Source: Octopus sinensis (Eukaryota). From it: 64,000 nt of DNA. The stretch is from assembly GCF_006345805.1 (NCBI RefSeq), contig NC_043023.1, positions 15,376,001 to 15,440,000 on the forward strand, given 5' to 3'. Positions 1 to 11,745 of this stretch are shown in pieces (position 1 is the first letter of the stretch; every line of letters begins with the position of its first letter). The notes under the pieces are model-generated. The model was not told where the DNA came from. It saw only the letters and a program-made list of their open reading frames with translations, and ran no database searches. The position numbers and the translations under genes were made by a program.

Positions 1-351
1 AATGTTCATACTCAGATGGGGCTCATTTATGTCATAATAACCTTACTTTTTCTGTGTCTGACCATGTCTTACAATCATCCTTAAAAATTAGCTGCTGTAG
101 TACAATGCAACAGTTATACCATCCTCTGGGTTATAACTGGATTCATCGAGTCCAAAACGTCATCTGGCAAAAATGTACTTCCCTCATTTTTGGACTTCTT
201 TGAATAAAGCTCCAATAATTGTTGTTGTTGCTGCCTTTGTCGATTTTTCAACAGTTTTAAAGAAGCTAATTAGTCTTCCATGATTTAACAATTTTGTATC
301 ACAAAAATTTGTTAACTGACCTGCAAGAGCTTCGAAACCCTCATCGCCAGA

Positions 352-589
352 TGTTGTAACATAATTGTTCCGTACAATAAATAAGATAACCAGAAAATTG
401 TAACAACAATCTAATGAACTAACAAATCTTTTAAGAACCAACATTCAATATTACTTAGGAAGTAAACCAAGTGACACCTTCCGACTTCAATTGACTCTGA
501 ACCGCAAACCCACTCAGATCGTTACTATTTATACTTTACTCGAACCAGTCTATCTCTCACAAGGGGACATGGTAACTCTCATCACAACA
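352..589 (-). mobile_element. Gypsy LTR (copy downstream of A); PBS and gag relic continue to the window start
   Basis: Reverse-complement paralog of 25363-25600, with TGTTGT...ACAACA termini and PBS TGGCGATGAGG. Confidence 0.8.
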
Positions 590-1540
590 GGTGCCATTCT
601 AACCAGATGCCCATCATAAATCCATGCTTGGTGTCTGGTAAGAACAAGACCATGAAAACCTGCTCTACAGAAGGATTTAGCAAAAAATAAGTATGATGAT
701 AATCACTTGCATGGGTTGAGCGGGGATGTGCTTGAACCATAGGTAGAGTGGGGCATTAGGCTTTTGAAAAATATTTCCCACTCTACACCCAAAACTGTGA
801 CAAACAGCAATAAGCCTCCAGCTAGTGCCAGAATATGTGGGCAGTAGCACAAAGGGTGCAGATCCTGGGATCCCTGAGTGTGTCCAGCAGAGGATAACTG
901 ATCACGGCTGGGAACTGGAGTGTAATACATTTGTGTCAAAATAATATATCCACAAGAAAACAGAGCAAATTAATATAATCAATATTGTTTGAATAAAAAA
1001 CACAAATCGTAATTAGTGAGTTGATGCAAATGAGGAAAATGTGAAAAATGAATTTATTTTGTAAAAAGTAATACATTTGCTGTATTTTATTCAGCAGGAC
1101 ATCTGTTTTATCATTGATATTGTTATTGATCAATATGAATAAGTATATGTTTAGTTAAGGTAGATTATTGAGAGAATGATTTAGCACAGATTACACAGTC
1201 ATAAGAATCTTCTCCTGTATGAATATGCTTGTGTTTAGTTTATTATTTCTCTCTATGAAAGAATGACTTGTCACAGATGTCACAGTGATATGATTTCTCT
1301 CCTGTATGAATGGATTTGTGATGAGTTCAATATTGTTCCACAGAGAATGATTTACCTCAGATATCACAGCAATAGAGTTTCTCTCCTGTATGAATACGTT
1401 TATAAGTATATACTGCATATTCCTGAGAGAATGATTTGCTGCAGACATCACAGTCACATAGTTTCTCTCCAGTATGAGCAGACTTGTAATTAATTAAATA
1501 TTTTCTTAAATGGAATGATTTGCCTGCAGATACTACAGTG

Positions 1541-2592
1541 CTATGGTTTGTCCCCTGTATTAATGCATTTGTGTCTATTTAAGTACCTCTTCTGAGAGAA
1601 TGATTTACCACAGATATAGCACTGATATGGTTTCTCACCTGTATGAACTGATTTGTGAGAATCAAGGTAACTTTTTTGAGAGAATGATTTACCACAAATA
1701 TCGCAGTGATGTGGTTTCTCTCCTGTATGTATGGCTTTGTGTTTAGTAAGGTTATATTTTTTAGGGAATGATTTACCACAGATATCACAGTGATATGGTT
1801 TCTCTCCAGTATGAACGACTTTGTGATAAGAAAGGGCAGTCTTTTGAGAGAATGATTTACCACAAATATCACATTGATATGGTTTCTCTCCTGTATGAGT
1901 GTATTTGTGATGAGTGAGGCAATATTTCTGAGTGAATGATTTACCACAAATATCACATTGATATGGTTTCTCTCCAGTATGAGTGTATTTGTGATGAGTG
2001 AGGCAATATTTCTGAGTGAATGATTTACCACAAATATCACATTGATATGGTTTCTCTCCAGTATGAGTGTATTTGTGATGAGTGAGGCTATATTTCTGAG
2101 TGAATGATTTACCACAAATATCACATCGATATGGTTTCTCTCCTGTATGAATGGATTTGTGAGTAGTGAAATAACTTTTTAATGAAAAGGATTTATCACA
2201 GATATCACACTGATATGGTTTCTCACCTGTGTGAATATATTTGTGAGAATTAAGGCTACTTTTTTGAGAGAATGATTTACCACAAATATCACACTGATGT
2301 GGTTTCTCTCCTGTATGAATGGATTTGTGTTTAGTAAGGTTATATTTTTTAGAGAATGATTTACCACAGATATCACAGTGATGTGGTTTCTCTCCAGTAT
2401 GAGTGTATTTGTGATGAGTAAGGTGACTTTTTCGAGAGAATGATTTACCACAAATATCACAGTAATATTTCTTTCCCCTGGATCAATACATTTGTGAACA
2501 GTGAGATTTCCCTTATTAGAAAAAGTCTTTTTACAGATATCACATTGGTCTGATAACTTTTCTCTTTCTTTTAACATCTCCAGACTATTCAT
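1541..2592 (-). pseudogene. C2H2 zinc-finger locus A (12 finger units, first and last degenerate), one early frameshift
   Basis: ATG 2592 ([17 protein letters not shown]). Relative to paralog I (CCAGGTGG), a 1-bp deletion at ~2475-2478 (CCAGGGG) shifts the frame after finger 1. The other frame holds continuous CxxC...HxxxH-TGEKP repeats to TAG at 1541-1543. The frameshift could be an assembly error. Confidence 0.9.
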
Positions 2593-3029
2593 TATTGTTC
2601 TATAGTATACAGACAGAAAATATATTTTCCCCTTCTTCTTTATATATATCTTCTACAGCAAATCTGATCTTGAATATCTGAAAATGATACAAACACCTTT
2701 CCAGATTTTCTCACATTCAAACACAATGCAAAATACTTTTGTAAATATTCCTGGCAACGAGGAAAACAAATGTTGCTATTAATTCAGAACAAATATTTCA
2801 CCGTTATTCACCAGAGATATATTATTTATAACGGCTGACATTCGTTTTCAAAACATGATCAATATTCATGATGTATCTCACGTAAAACTCCTTTATACGA
2901 GTATCTGAAATGACACAGAAACAGTAGAAGATATAGGAAAGACTTAAAAAGCAAAGGTTTAACAATAAAAATTATAACTACATTTTCATAATGATAAACT
3001 GTGGATATAAACTTTTACCCGAATAAATT

Positions 3030-4245
3030 ACACTTTAAAATGATACTCATGACACAAGACATTACTTTCGTCTATAATGACCTGAGTCACAAATCTAATA
3101 CTTTCTCTAGTTTAGTTTCAATGCACCCAAACAAACAAAAGGAAAAGCAGTGTAAATAAGGGACAGAGTCAAAACTATTGAAAAGGTTGCAAGACGCAAC
3201 GAAAATTTTAGGAAAAAAGGAAATAAGTAAGAAATAACTGCAAAATTTTACCGATGAGTGTGCTAAATTATAAGGCATCAACCACAGTGAAAATTTTGTT
3301 GATCCGACAAATGCGTCGGTGCACACACAGACGATAGAGAGATTGTGGGAGTCAGTTAAGAGATCAGTTGTTCGCCCAGGCATTCGTGCCTGTTACTTAA
3401 AGCAATACCTCTCCAAGTTCCTATTTATGGAAAGCATCAAACCTGCTGCCAAGAGAATACACGTATTCTTATTGGCAGCAGCAAGTCTTTATCCTGGCCC
3501 AAGATAATTTTTTCCTCCAACCCATCTCATTTCTTTATCATCAATGTCGATGGACCACTCAAAGAGGTATGTATACATTATCATTTTCGTAACATAATTT
3601 CTGTAGTATTTCAAGATGTTTCTGACACGTATTTTGATTCATATGGCGGAGATCCAACATTTCTTCACTTTTTCCAGAATTTCTTCTCTTTTTTTTTTTT
3701 TTGCGAAATATGTACAAAAATACGGAGTTTATGATTCATGTGTGAGTGTGTGTTCTTGATACTCGTTTAGAACACGTAGTTTTACACCAATTACACTATT
3801 TTTTCTTAGTTTAAAGGCCGTGGACTGAAGATGTGAAATTTCCGAAGCCTCTCCCTCACCCCCCTTTCGCGAGCGCGCATTTTTAAAATCATATTCGTTT
3901 AGAGCAAGTTGTTTTACACCTATTACGCTATTTTTGTTTTTGGGCCCGGGTCAGACGCTTTCGGAAATTCCCGATGTAAATTTTCCGAGGCCTCTCCCCC
4001 ACCCCTCTTTCGCGAGTGCGCATTTTTTTTGTCATATTCGTTTAGAGCAAGTTGTTTTACACATATTACACTATTTTTTTTTTGTTTTGGTGCCCGGGTC
4101 AGCCCCTCAGACGCTTTCGGAAATTCTCGATGTGAATTTTCCGAGGCATCTCCCCCACTCCCCTTTCGCGTGCGCGCATTTTTTTTTCATATTCGTTCAT
4201 ATTTTTTTCTTGTGTCTTTGAATGGTGTAACGCTTTAGTTTAACC
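3030..4245 (+). mobile_element. Merlin (IS1016/IS1595-related) DNA transposon relic, 5'-truncated
   Basis: Transposase C-terminus GINHSENFVDPTNASVHTQTIERLWESVKR (~3270-3507), internal tandem repeats, terminal inverted repeat ...GGTGTAACGCTTTAGTTTAACC ending 4245, followed by 8-mer GTTAATTC. Confidence 0.8.
3770..4200 (+). repeat. Subterminal tandem repeat of the Merlin element, ~145-155-bp unit x3
   Basis: Motif TTTCGCG recurs at 3864, 4009 and 4164. The paralog has two units (63117, 63261). Confidence 0.85.
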
Positions 4246-4934
4246 GTTAATTCTATTCGCCAATAAATGTCTTTAATTAAGCCAAGAAAATTTGGATTTT
4301 ACTTGGCATGGCCATGAAAAAGCACCGAATTTTTACCTTTTTTTTTATTATAGTAGATATTCCATTTGCTGACTGTGTCGATTCAAAGCCGTCTATTGAA
4401 TTATCATAGAGGTATTATTTGCTAAACATCTATATTTGCTGTTCCTGTCGAAATAATCCACGTTAATTATGTCTGATTTTTGCTCCTGTGAATAATCTGC
4501 AATCTAATAAAACATAAATAGCTGACTGCAACATGAGGCCAGTGGTACCGCGATGATAAAACAAGATACACCTTTTCGTAGACAGAATCAGCAAATGGCT
4601 TAAACTTGAAAAGAAACGAATACACAAACGTATCAATGATCCAGACCTTCAACACATGTGAATGCAGAATTTCTTTAAAAAATTTACATTATTAATAAGG
4701 TTACAGAAGGAAAAGTCGTGGTGGGTTGGTGTTTAAATTATAGTTGTGTTTATGTTTGATGTATTCTAAAAGTCAGGACAGTCGGGAACACAAGCGAATT
4801 TCATTAAGAGGTCTGCTCAGTCAGGGGTGACCATGGGCTAAACAACAGTGACTTGCCACGTTTCTGAAGATAGTAGAATATTATTGTCCACCGTTTTGTA
4901 GTTTAACATTTTCCATAATATCTGAAGGTGGAGG

Positions 4935-5050
4935 GGTTAAACTAAAGCGTTACACCATTCAAAGAAACAAAAAAAAAATGTGTGTAATAGGTGTAAAACA
5001 AGCCAATGTGGTTAGCCATGGATGGCTTCTAAACTTCCTTTAGTTTAACC
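4935..5050. mobile_element. Minimal Merlin derivative (two termini, ~115 bp)
   Basis: GGTTAAACTAAAGCG at 4935 and CCTTTAGTTTAACC ending 5050. Confidence 0.75.
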
Positions 5051-5163
5051 GAATTAACATCGATGTCAAACTAGCAACTTTTAAAACTTTTTACTTTTGT
5101 TTGGAGTTTCGAATTAGCCAGGTTAATCGGCTTCTGCTAAAAAATAAATATATATTACATCTT

Positions 5164-5640
5164 ACCTGTTTTGATAAATAGATCATATGTTACGATAATT
5201 AGATTAATGTGAATTAATGTTAATTACGCAAAAGAGCAATTAACGGGAATATAGTTTAAAGACGCTCTAAAAGTCGGCATGGAAACTCAACGAAACGAAC
5301 TAAAATCCTGACGTATACCTCGTATTACTACACATTTGTCGGATGATAAAACTGAGTTGGTAAATTTTTAATGTTTTATTATTGCTATAATTACTACTTA
5401 AAATTTTGAATCTTAAGAAAAAAATCCAAATGATGGCAAAAGATACAAAACTAAAGCTTATTTTCCAGTCGATCGCTACTTTTACGCTGTTCTGTTGTCG
5501 AACCCGTAAGTTACAGGGACGGAAAGAAACGAATCCAGCTTATCAGAGTGATGTTGGATGAGGATAGGGGGAAACATGCAGGCATCAGTGTTCGAAAACC
5601 ATTTTTGGTTTGTTTATATTCCAGTAACTTAGTTGTGCAA
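5164..5640 (-). promoter_or_regulatory. Putative promoter and non-coding first exon of A
   Basis: Core TTAGTTCGTTTCGTTGA (5287-5303, minus) followed ~135 nt later by CAG|GTAAGA (donor at 5165). The same module is found gene-sense upstream of C, D, E, F and G. Confidence 0.6.
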
Positions 5641-5835
5641 TGGAAGAGGGCGGGGGTAAAGAATACGCACACCACCCGTTTACGGTGTAAGCCTAACCAA
5701 TGCGTCGCAGGAGGCGGAAGAGGTCAAGCAGGACGCACGTGTGGTCATCGACGAAGGGACAGTTCGAGCAGAGACGAGGAAGCGACAGGACGTGTCAAAT
5801 TCGTAAGAGACCTCGGATCTTCGCCGAGGTAAGGC
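5640..5835 (+). promoter_or_regulatory. CpG-rich putative promoter and first exon of B
   Basis: GC box GGGCGGGG, CCAAT box and GCGGAAG in a CpG-rich patch, then GAG|GTAAGG donor at 5829. Confidence 0.55.
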
Positions 5836-5969
5836 CTTTTGTATTTCTTCCTCCCGTTGCTTCTCCTTCTGTTGTCCTCTTCGTCCATCACACCACACAT
5901 ACGCATATACGTACGTACGTACATACATTCATACGCACATACACATATCCATGCATGCATACGTACAGA

Positions 5970-6182
5970 ATGTTGTTTACCTCAATAGACGTCATTGATT
6001 GGTTGAAATTGCAGAAATTGAAGAGATAAAAAAGAACAAATATCTTACAAACTATAGGATTTTCTCAATAAAGCCAAGAGAAAAATATGTTTTATAAACA
6101 CATTCTACCAGTATACGAAGTTTGAAATTTTTTATTTAGTTCGAAATTATGTTAAAAACTGCCGGTCAAACCGAAAAGATCC
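5970..6182. mobile_element. MITE family A half element upstream of B
   Basis: Ends CCGGTCAAACCGAAAAGATCC. With its flank 6183-6290 it is the reverse complement of ~34930-35290. Confidence 0.8.
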
Positions 6183-6486
6183 TAAATTCTTTCTAGAGTA
6201 GTTCGAAAATTTAGTTAGGAAATTCAATACTTGTCCTTCTCATCAAGTAAACTCTTAGCAGGAAAAGAATAAGAAAAATGCCTTTTATCAAACGCTTTCT
6301 TAGCAACATTTGTTTTCCTCATTGCCAGGAATATTTACAAAAGTATTTCGCATTAAGTTTGAATGTGAGAAAATCTGGAAAGGTGTTTGTATCATTTTTA
6401 GATATTCAAGATCAGATTTGCTGTAGAAGATATATATAAAGAAGAAGTGGAAAATATATTTTCTGTCTGTATACTACAGAACAATA

Positions 6487-7456
6487 ATGAATAGTCTGGA
6501 GATGTTAAAAGAAAGAGAAAAGTTATCAGACCAATGTGATATCTGTAAAAAGACTTATTCTAGTAAGGGAAATCTCACTGTTCACAAATTCATTCATGCA
6601 GGGGGGAAACAATATCATTGTGATATCTGCGGTAAATCATTCTCTCAAAAAAGTCACCTTACTCATCACAAATACAATCATACTGGAGAGAAACCATATC
6701 AGTGTGATATCTGTGGTAAATCATTCTCTCAAAGGAATGCCCTTTCTTATCAAAAAATTCTTTCATACTGGAGAGAAACCAAATCAATGTTGTATTTGCG
6801 GTAAATCATTCTCGCATAGAAGTTCCCTTGATTCTCACAAACACATTCATACAGGAGAGAAACCACATCAGTGTGATGTTTGTGGTAAATCATTCTCTCA
6901 AAAAAGTAGCCTTAATTCTCACAAATACATTCATACAGGTGAGAAACCGTATCAGTGTGATATCTGTGATAAATCCTTTTCATTAAAAAGTTATTTAACT
7001 ACTCACAAATCCATTCATACAGGAGAGAAACCATATCGATGTGATATTTGTGGTAAATCATTCACTCAGAAATATTGCCTCACTCATCACAAATACACTC
7101 ATACTGGAGAGAAACCATATCAATGTGATATTTGTGGTAAATCATTCTCTCAAAAGACTGCCCTTTCTTATCACAAAGTCGTTCATACTGGAGAGAAACC
7201 ATATCACTGTGATATCTGTGGTAAATCATTCCCTAAAAAATATAACCTTACTAAACACAAAGCCATTCATACAGGAGAGAAACCACATCACTGCGATATT
7301 TGTGGTAAATCATTCTCTCAAAAAGGTTACCTTGATTCTCACAAATCAGTTCATACAGGTGAGAAACCATATCAGTGCTATATCTGTGGTAAATCATTCT
7401 CTCAGAAGAGGTACTTAAATAGACACAAATGCATTAATACAGGGGACAAACCATAG
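6487..7456 (+). pseudogene. C2H2 zinc-finger locus B (11 finger units), one frameshift
   Basis: ORFs 6487-6804 and 6536-7456 overlap. There is one extra A in the A-run at 6752-6757. Ends TGDKP-TAG. Inverted paralog of A. Confidence 0.9.
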
Positions 7457-8406
7457 CACTGTAGTATCTGCAGTAAATTATTCCATTTAAGAAACTATTT
7501 AATTAATTACAAGTCTGCTCATACTGGAGAGAAACTATGTGACTGTGATGTCTGCAGCAAATCATTCTCTCAGGAATATGCTGTATATACTTATAAACGT
7601 ATTCATACAGGAGAGAAACTCTATTGGTGTGATATCTGAGGTAAATCATTCTCTGTGGAACAATATTGAACTCATCACAAATACATTCATACAGGAGAGA
7701 AATCATATCACTGTGACATCTGGGACAAGTCATTCTTTCATAGAGAGAAATAATAAACTAAACACAAACATATTCATACAGGAGAAGATTCTGATGACTG
7801 TGTAATCTGTGCTAAATCATTCTCTCAATAATCTACCTTAACTAAACATATACTTATTCATATTGATCAATAACAATATCAATGATAAAACAGATGTCCT
7901 GCTGAATAAAATACAGCAAATGTATTACTTTTTACAAAATAAATTCATTTTTCACATTTTCCTCATTTGCATCAACTCACTAATTACGATTTGTGTTTTT
8001 TATTCAAACAATATTGATTATATTAATTTGCTCTGTTTTCTTGTGGATATATTATTTTGACACAAATGTATTACACTCCAGTTCCCAGCCATGATCAGTT
8101 ATCCTCTGCTGGACACACTCAGGGATCCCAGGATCTGCACCCTTTGTGCTACTGCCCACATATTCTGGCACTAGCTGGAGGCTTATTGCTGTTTGTCACA
8201 GTTTTGGGTGTAGAGTGGGAAATATTTTTCAAAAGCCTAATGCCCCACTCTACCTATGGTTCAAGCACATCCCCGCTCAACCCATGCAAGTGATTATCAT
8301 CATACTTATTTTTTGCTAAATCCTTCTGTAGAGCAGGTTTTCATGGTCTTGTTCTTACCAGACACCAAGCAGGGATTTATGATGGGCATCTGGTTAGAAT
8401 GGCACC

Positions 8407-9420
8407 TGTTGTGATGAGAGTTACCATGTCCCCTTGTGAGAGATAGATTGGTTCGAGTAAAGTATAAATAGTAACGATCTGAGTGGGTTTGCGGTTCAGA
8501 GTCAAGTGAAGTCGGAAGGTGTCGCTTGGTTTACTTCCTAAGGAATATTGAATGTTGGTTCGTAAAAGATTTGTTAGTTCATTAGATTGTTGTTACAATT
8601 TTCTGGTTATCTTATTTATTGTACGGAACAATTATGTTACAACATCTGGGGATGAGGGTTTCGAAGCTCTTGCAGGTCAGTTAACAAAGTTTTGTGATAC
8701 AAAATTGTTAAATCATGGAAGACTAATTAGCTTCTTTAAAACTGTTGCAAAATCAACGACAAAGGCAGCAACAACAACAATTATTGGAGCTTTATTCAAA
8801 GAAGTCCAAAAATGAGGGAAGTACATTCTCGCCAGACGACGTTTTGGACTCTATGAATTCAGTTATAACCCAGAGGACGGTATAACTGTTGCATTGTACT
8901 ACAGCAGGTAATTTTTAAGGATGATTGTAAGACATGGTCAGACAGAAAAAGTATGGTTATTATGACATAAATGAGCCCCATCTGAGTATGAACATTATTT
9001 TAATTTCATATTACCCGAAAAAACTCAATGAAATTTGTTTTAAAGAAACAATAGAATTACTGTCTAACATATTCGGTGATAAAACTTCTCTAACACTTGG
9101 ATGGTGTTTTGGAATATAATGAAAAAAGAGGATGGTGATTTTATCACATACACAGGAACAATTAGAATGTATGATTATTTTTAAACTCAAAGAATTTACA
9201 CCTGAGATATTCAGGTGTCTTATTTTGGTAAAAGGCCTTACAACAACTGAATATACAGAAATTCATACTGCAGAACTAAATTCTGAAGATCAACCTAGAG
9301 GGCTCTCAACAGAAACAAAATTCGACTCCCAAATGAGAAAATTTGTACACGTAAAAATGATTGGAATACATATTAAACTTCAGTTCGATACTGGAAGTGA
9401 TATTTCAATAATAAATATGG
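8407..9420 (+). mobile_element. Ty3/Gypsy relic: 5' LTR (8407-8644), PBS, decayed gag, aspartic protease
   Basis: LTR TGTTGT...ACAACA containing TATAAATA, followed by a TGG PBS. Gag ATG 8715 with Gln-rich N-terminus and stops; FKETIELLSNIF...FKLKEFTPEIFRCLILVKGL; protease LQFDTGSDISIIN. Confidence 0.85.
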
Positions 9421-9719
9421 ATGAAGACCCCCTTCGGTCATGAGTGACCATGGGTTTGCACCTAGAAAGTTACCCTCCCAGGCACAAGTCTGGGCAAGGT
9501 TGTTTATGGAAGGCCAGCAGCCGCCCATGCATACCGGCCTCCCCTCTCCACGCCACCAGTGTTGTCCAAGGGAAAGACAAAGGTCGATATAGCTTAGCAC
9601 CAGTGACGTCGCAACTCATTTCTACAGCTGAGTGAACTGGAGCAACGTGAAATAAAGTGTCTTGCTCAAGAACACAACATGCAGCCCGGTCCGGAAGAAA
9701 ATAGGGGAACCTATCTATT

Positions 9720-10050
9720 TGACAGTGGCCATGCTGGAGCAGTGCCTTTAGTCGAGCAAATAGACCCAGGACTTATTCTATTGGTCTCTTTTGTCGAACC
9801 GCTAAGTGACGGGGATATAAGCACCTCAGCATCGGTTGTCAAGCAATGCTAGGGGGACAAACACAGACACACAAACATACATATATACGATGGGCTTCTT
9901 TCAGTTTCCGTCTACCAAATCCACTCACAAGGCTTTGGTTGGCCCGAGGCTATAGTAGAAGACACTCGTCCAAAGTGCTACACAGTGAGACTGAACCTGG
10001 GACCATGTGGTTGGTAAGCAAGCTACTTACCACACAGCCACTCCTACGCC
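9720..10050 (-). mobile_element. tRNA-derived SINE family 1 (further copies ~16840-16965, 26440-26780, 26810-27187, 33410-33640, 36410-36800, 47230-47830, 50017-50100, 56040-56400, 56415-56820)
   Basis: Head GGCGCAGGAGTGGCTGTGTGG (A box) ... GGTTCAGTCCC (B box), internal (TA/TG)n, shared 3' body. Confidence 0.85.
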
Positions 10051-11113
10051 TATATGTACACATTACACAAGATATTGTTTGCTTATTTCTCTGTTGTCTG
10101 TATTAAAGAAATATTTTCAAATTATTTCACTTTAATAGAATTTATTATTTCTTTAGCTTGTATTAAATAATTTTGACCTCATAACCCATTAAAATAATTG
10201 CATTATCTTTTTAACTTATCTCTCTGCTTTTATATATTATGTTGGGTGTGTAGGCATGTATAAATATATATATAGAGAGAGATTTTAAAAGTGTCCCATA
10301 TATATGGTTTTCTAATTTGGCAACCCTATCCAAACGTGTCCCTTATGAGCCTATACAATTGATGATACAGCATAGAATTCACACTTGATCAATGTTTGAT
10401 AAAAGTTACACATTTCTCCAAACTGATCTACAATAAATGTTTGTTTTGAAGTTATATAATTTGTTGATATTATTTAATATACAAAATACTTGGTGTTAGA
10501 TGCTAAGATACAGTGATGAGAGATAAACGAAGGGATAAGTTTGTTCATTAAATGCTAATGATGGTGGTTATCTAGTGAATATGCGATGGAGCCATTGAGT
10601 AGATGGTAACCATGTGAGAGAAGGAGTGTGAAGGAAGTATATTTCCCAGTCACTGATGAAATGTTAAAATAAGACAATGGTAGGAAATTCTCAAGAGAGC
10701 TGAACAGCGGAAGGTCTTTGGAGAGGAAACCCTACTCAGGCAAGATCCAGAGGTAATGCGTTGACATATAAGGTTAATTGAAGGAAAAGCTTGTAACATC
10801 AGATGAACATATTTTGCAACCACGTCTCAAAGCAAAATAAGGCGAACACATGCAATTGCGGGTGTGTATGTGCGTGACCTGAGTCAATGCATGTCTAGGA
10901 GTCAGAAGTCAATGCAAGGGTGGCACAAAATTAGAATGTTCTGCTTTATATTAGGGATAAACCAGAAGTCCCTGACTGCTATGTCATCTGGAAGTTTATA
11001 GGAAGCTTCTAAAATATTCAAGAAGGTCGAGGGAGATTACTCTCTTTAAATCCCATTTTCATTTTGCTTTCCTGTCTGACCGCCAGGGATCACTCAGGTT
11101 TTAGTTATACAAG

Positions 11114-11311
11114 GTGGTGAGCTGGCAGAAACGTTAGCACGCTGGGCGAAATGCGTTGCCGTATTTCGTCTGCCATGATCTTCTGAGTTCAAATTCCACC
11201 GAGGTCGACTTTGCCTTTCATCGTTTCGGGGTCGATATAACGGACTTAACCCGTGCGTCTGTCCTTGTTTGTCCTCTCTGTGTTTAGCCCCTTGTGGGTA
11301 ATAAAGAAATA
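11114..11311 (+). mobile_element. tRNA-derived SINE family 2 with 11-bp TSD (copies 21100-21275, 22286-22461, 28100-28330, 54235-54440)
   Basis: GAGTTCAAATTCC B box, GTCGACTTTGCCTTTCATC core, AATAAAGAAA tail; TSD AGTTATACAAG at 11103-11113 and 11312-11322. Confidence 0.85.
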
Positions 11312-11745
11312 AGTTATACAAGATTCCCTTGATTGTGTCGAGAATGATGAAAATTTGTGTGGGCCTCTGACCAGGTATTGCCCTGAGTTTTGCAAAATCT
11401 GATGCAGATTCTCCGCTAAACTTTCTATTATGCTCAATGTGACAATCACACGCTACACACCTTCCTTCCAAGCATTGCTGCAAACAGCAGAAGAGAGCTA
11501 GAATCTTAACACTTAGTGTGAATGCACAGCAGAGTTTAGAGTCAATATTTCCCGAGTGGCTTCACTCTGTGTATCTTAGCTCCGTTGCTATAGCAACAGT
11601 CTGCATGTATGTACGTACGTATGTATATATGTATACCATTGTTCAGTTTTATTTCAAAATTACTTGCCAATACAGAAAGAGCCAATTTCTAACCTAAATC
11701 CAAGGATCCTTCATTGGAATTTCACCATCAAAAACAGAGTATGTA

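Larger units (their letters stand above)
1..8996. repeat. Inverted segmental duplication A/B: arms 1-2779 and 6300-8996
   Basis: Mirror-image ORFs (184-444/8552-8815, 703-939/8057-8293, 936-1133/7863-8060) and sequence. The left arm runs off the window. Confidence 0.95.

Noticed and set aside
1579-2124. Repetitive ORFs of the type VVNHSLRK...[13 protein letters not shown], and antisense MIYHKYH... ORFs, throughout the window
   Set aside because: They are shifted-frame or antisense translations of the 84-bp finger repeat, not independent proteins.
7454-7640. Read-through or UAG>UIG editing of the shared amber stop to extend the proteins
   Set aside because: Downstream fingers lack the first His (Tyr instead) in B, and F and G hit stops within ~8-14 codons, so no functional extension is conserved.
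7863-8293. Hydrophobic ORFs MINNNIND... and MTQMYYTP... in several copies
   Set aside because: They lie in the duplicated AT-rich 3' flank, show no domain, and are not preserved as ORFs in the diverged E/G/H flanks.
8552-8815. 86-87-aa ORF (MLVRKRFVSS...) present in four copies
   Set aside because: It spans the LTR end, PBS and gag start in a non-gag frame; its conservation is explained by recent duplication.
10600-10800. Possible Tc1/mariner transposase remnant (GRSLERKPYSG-like)
   Set aside because: Too short and degenerate to support without a database search.
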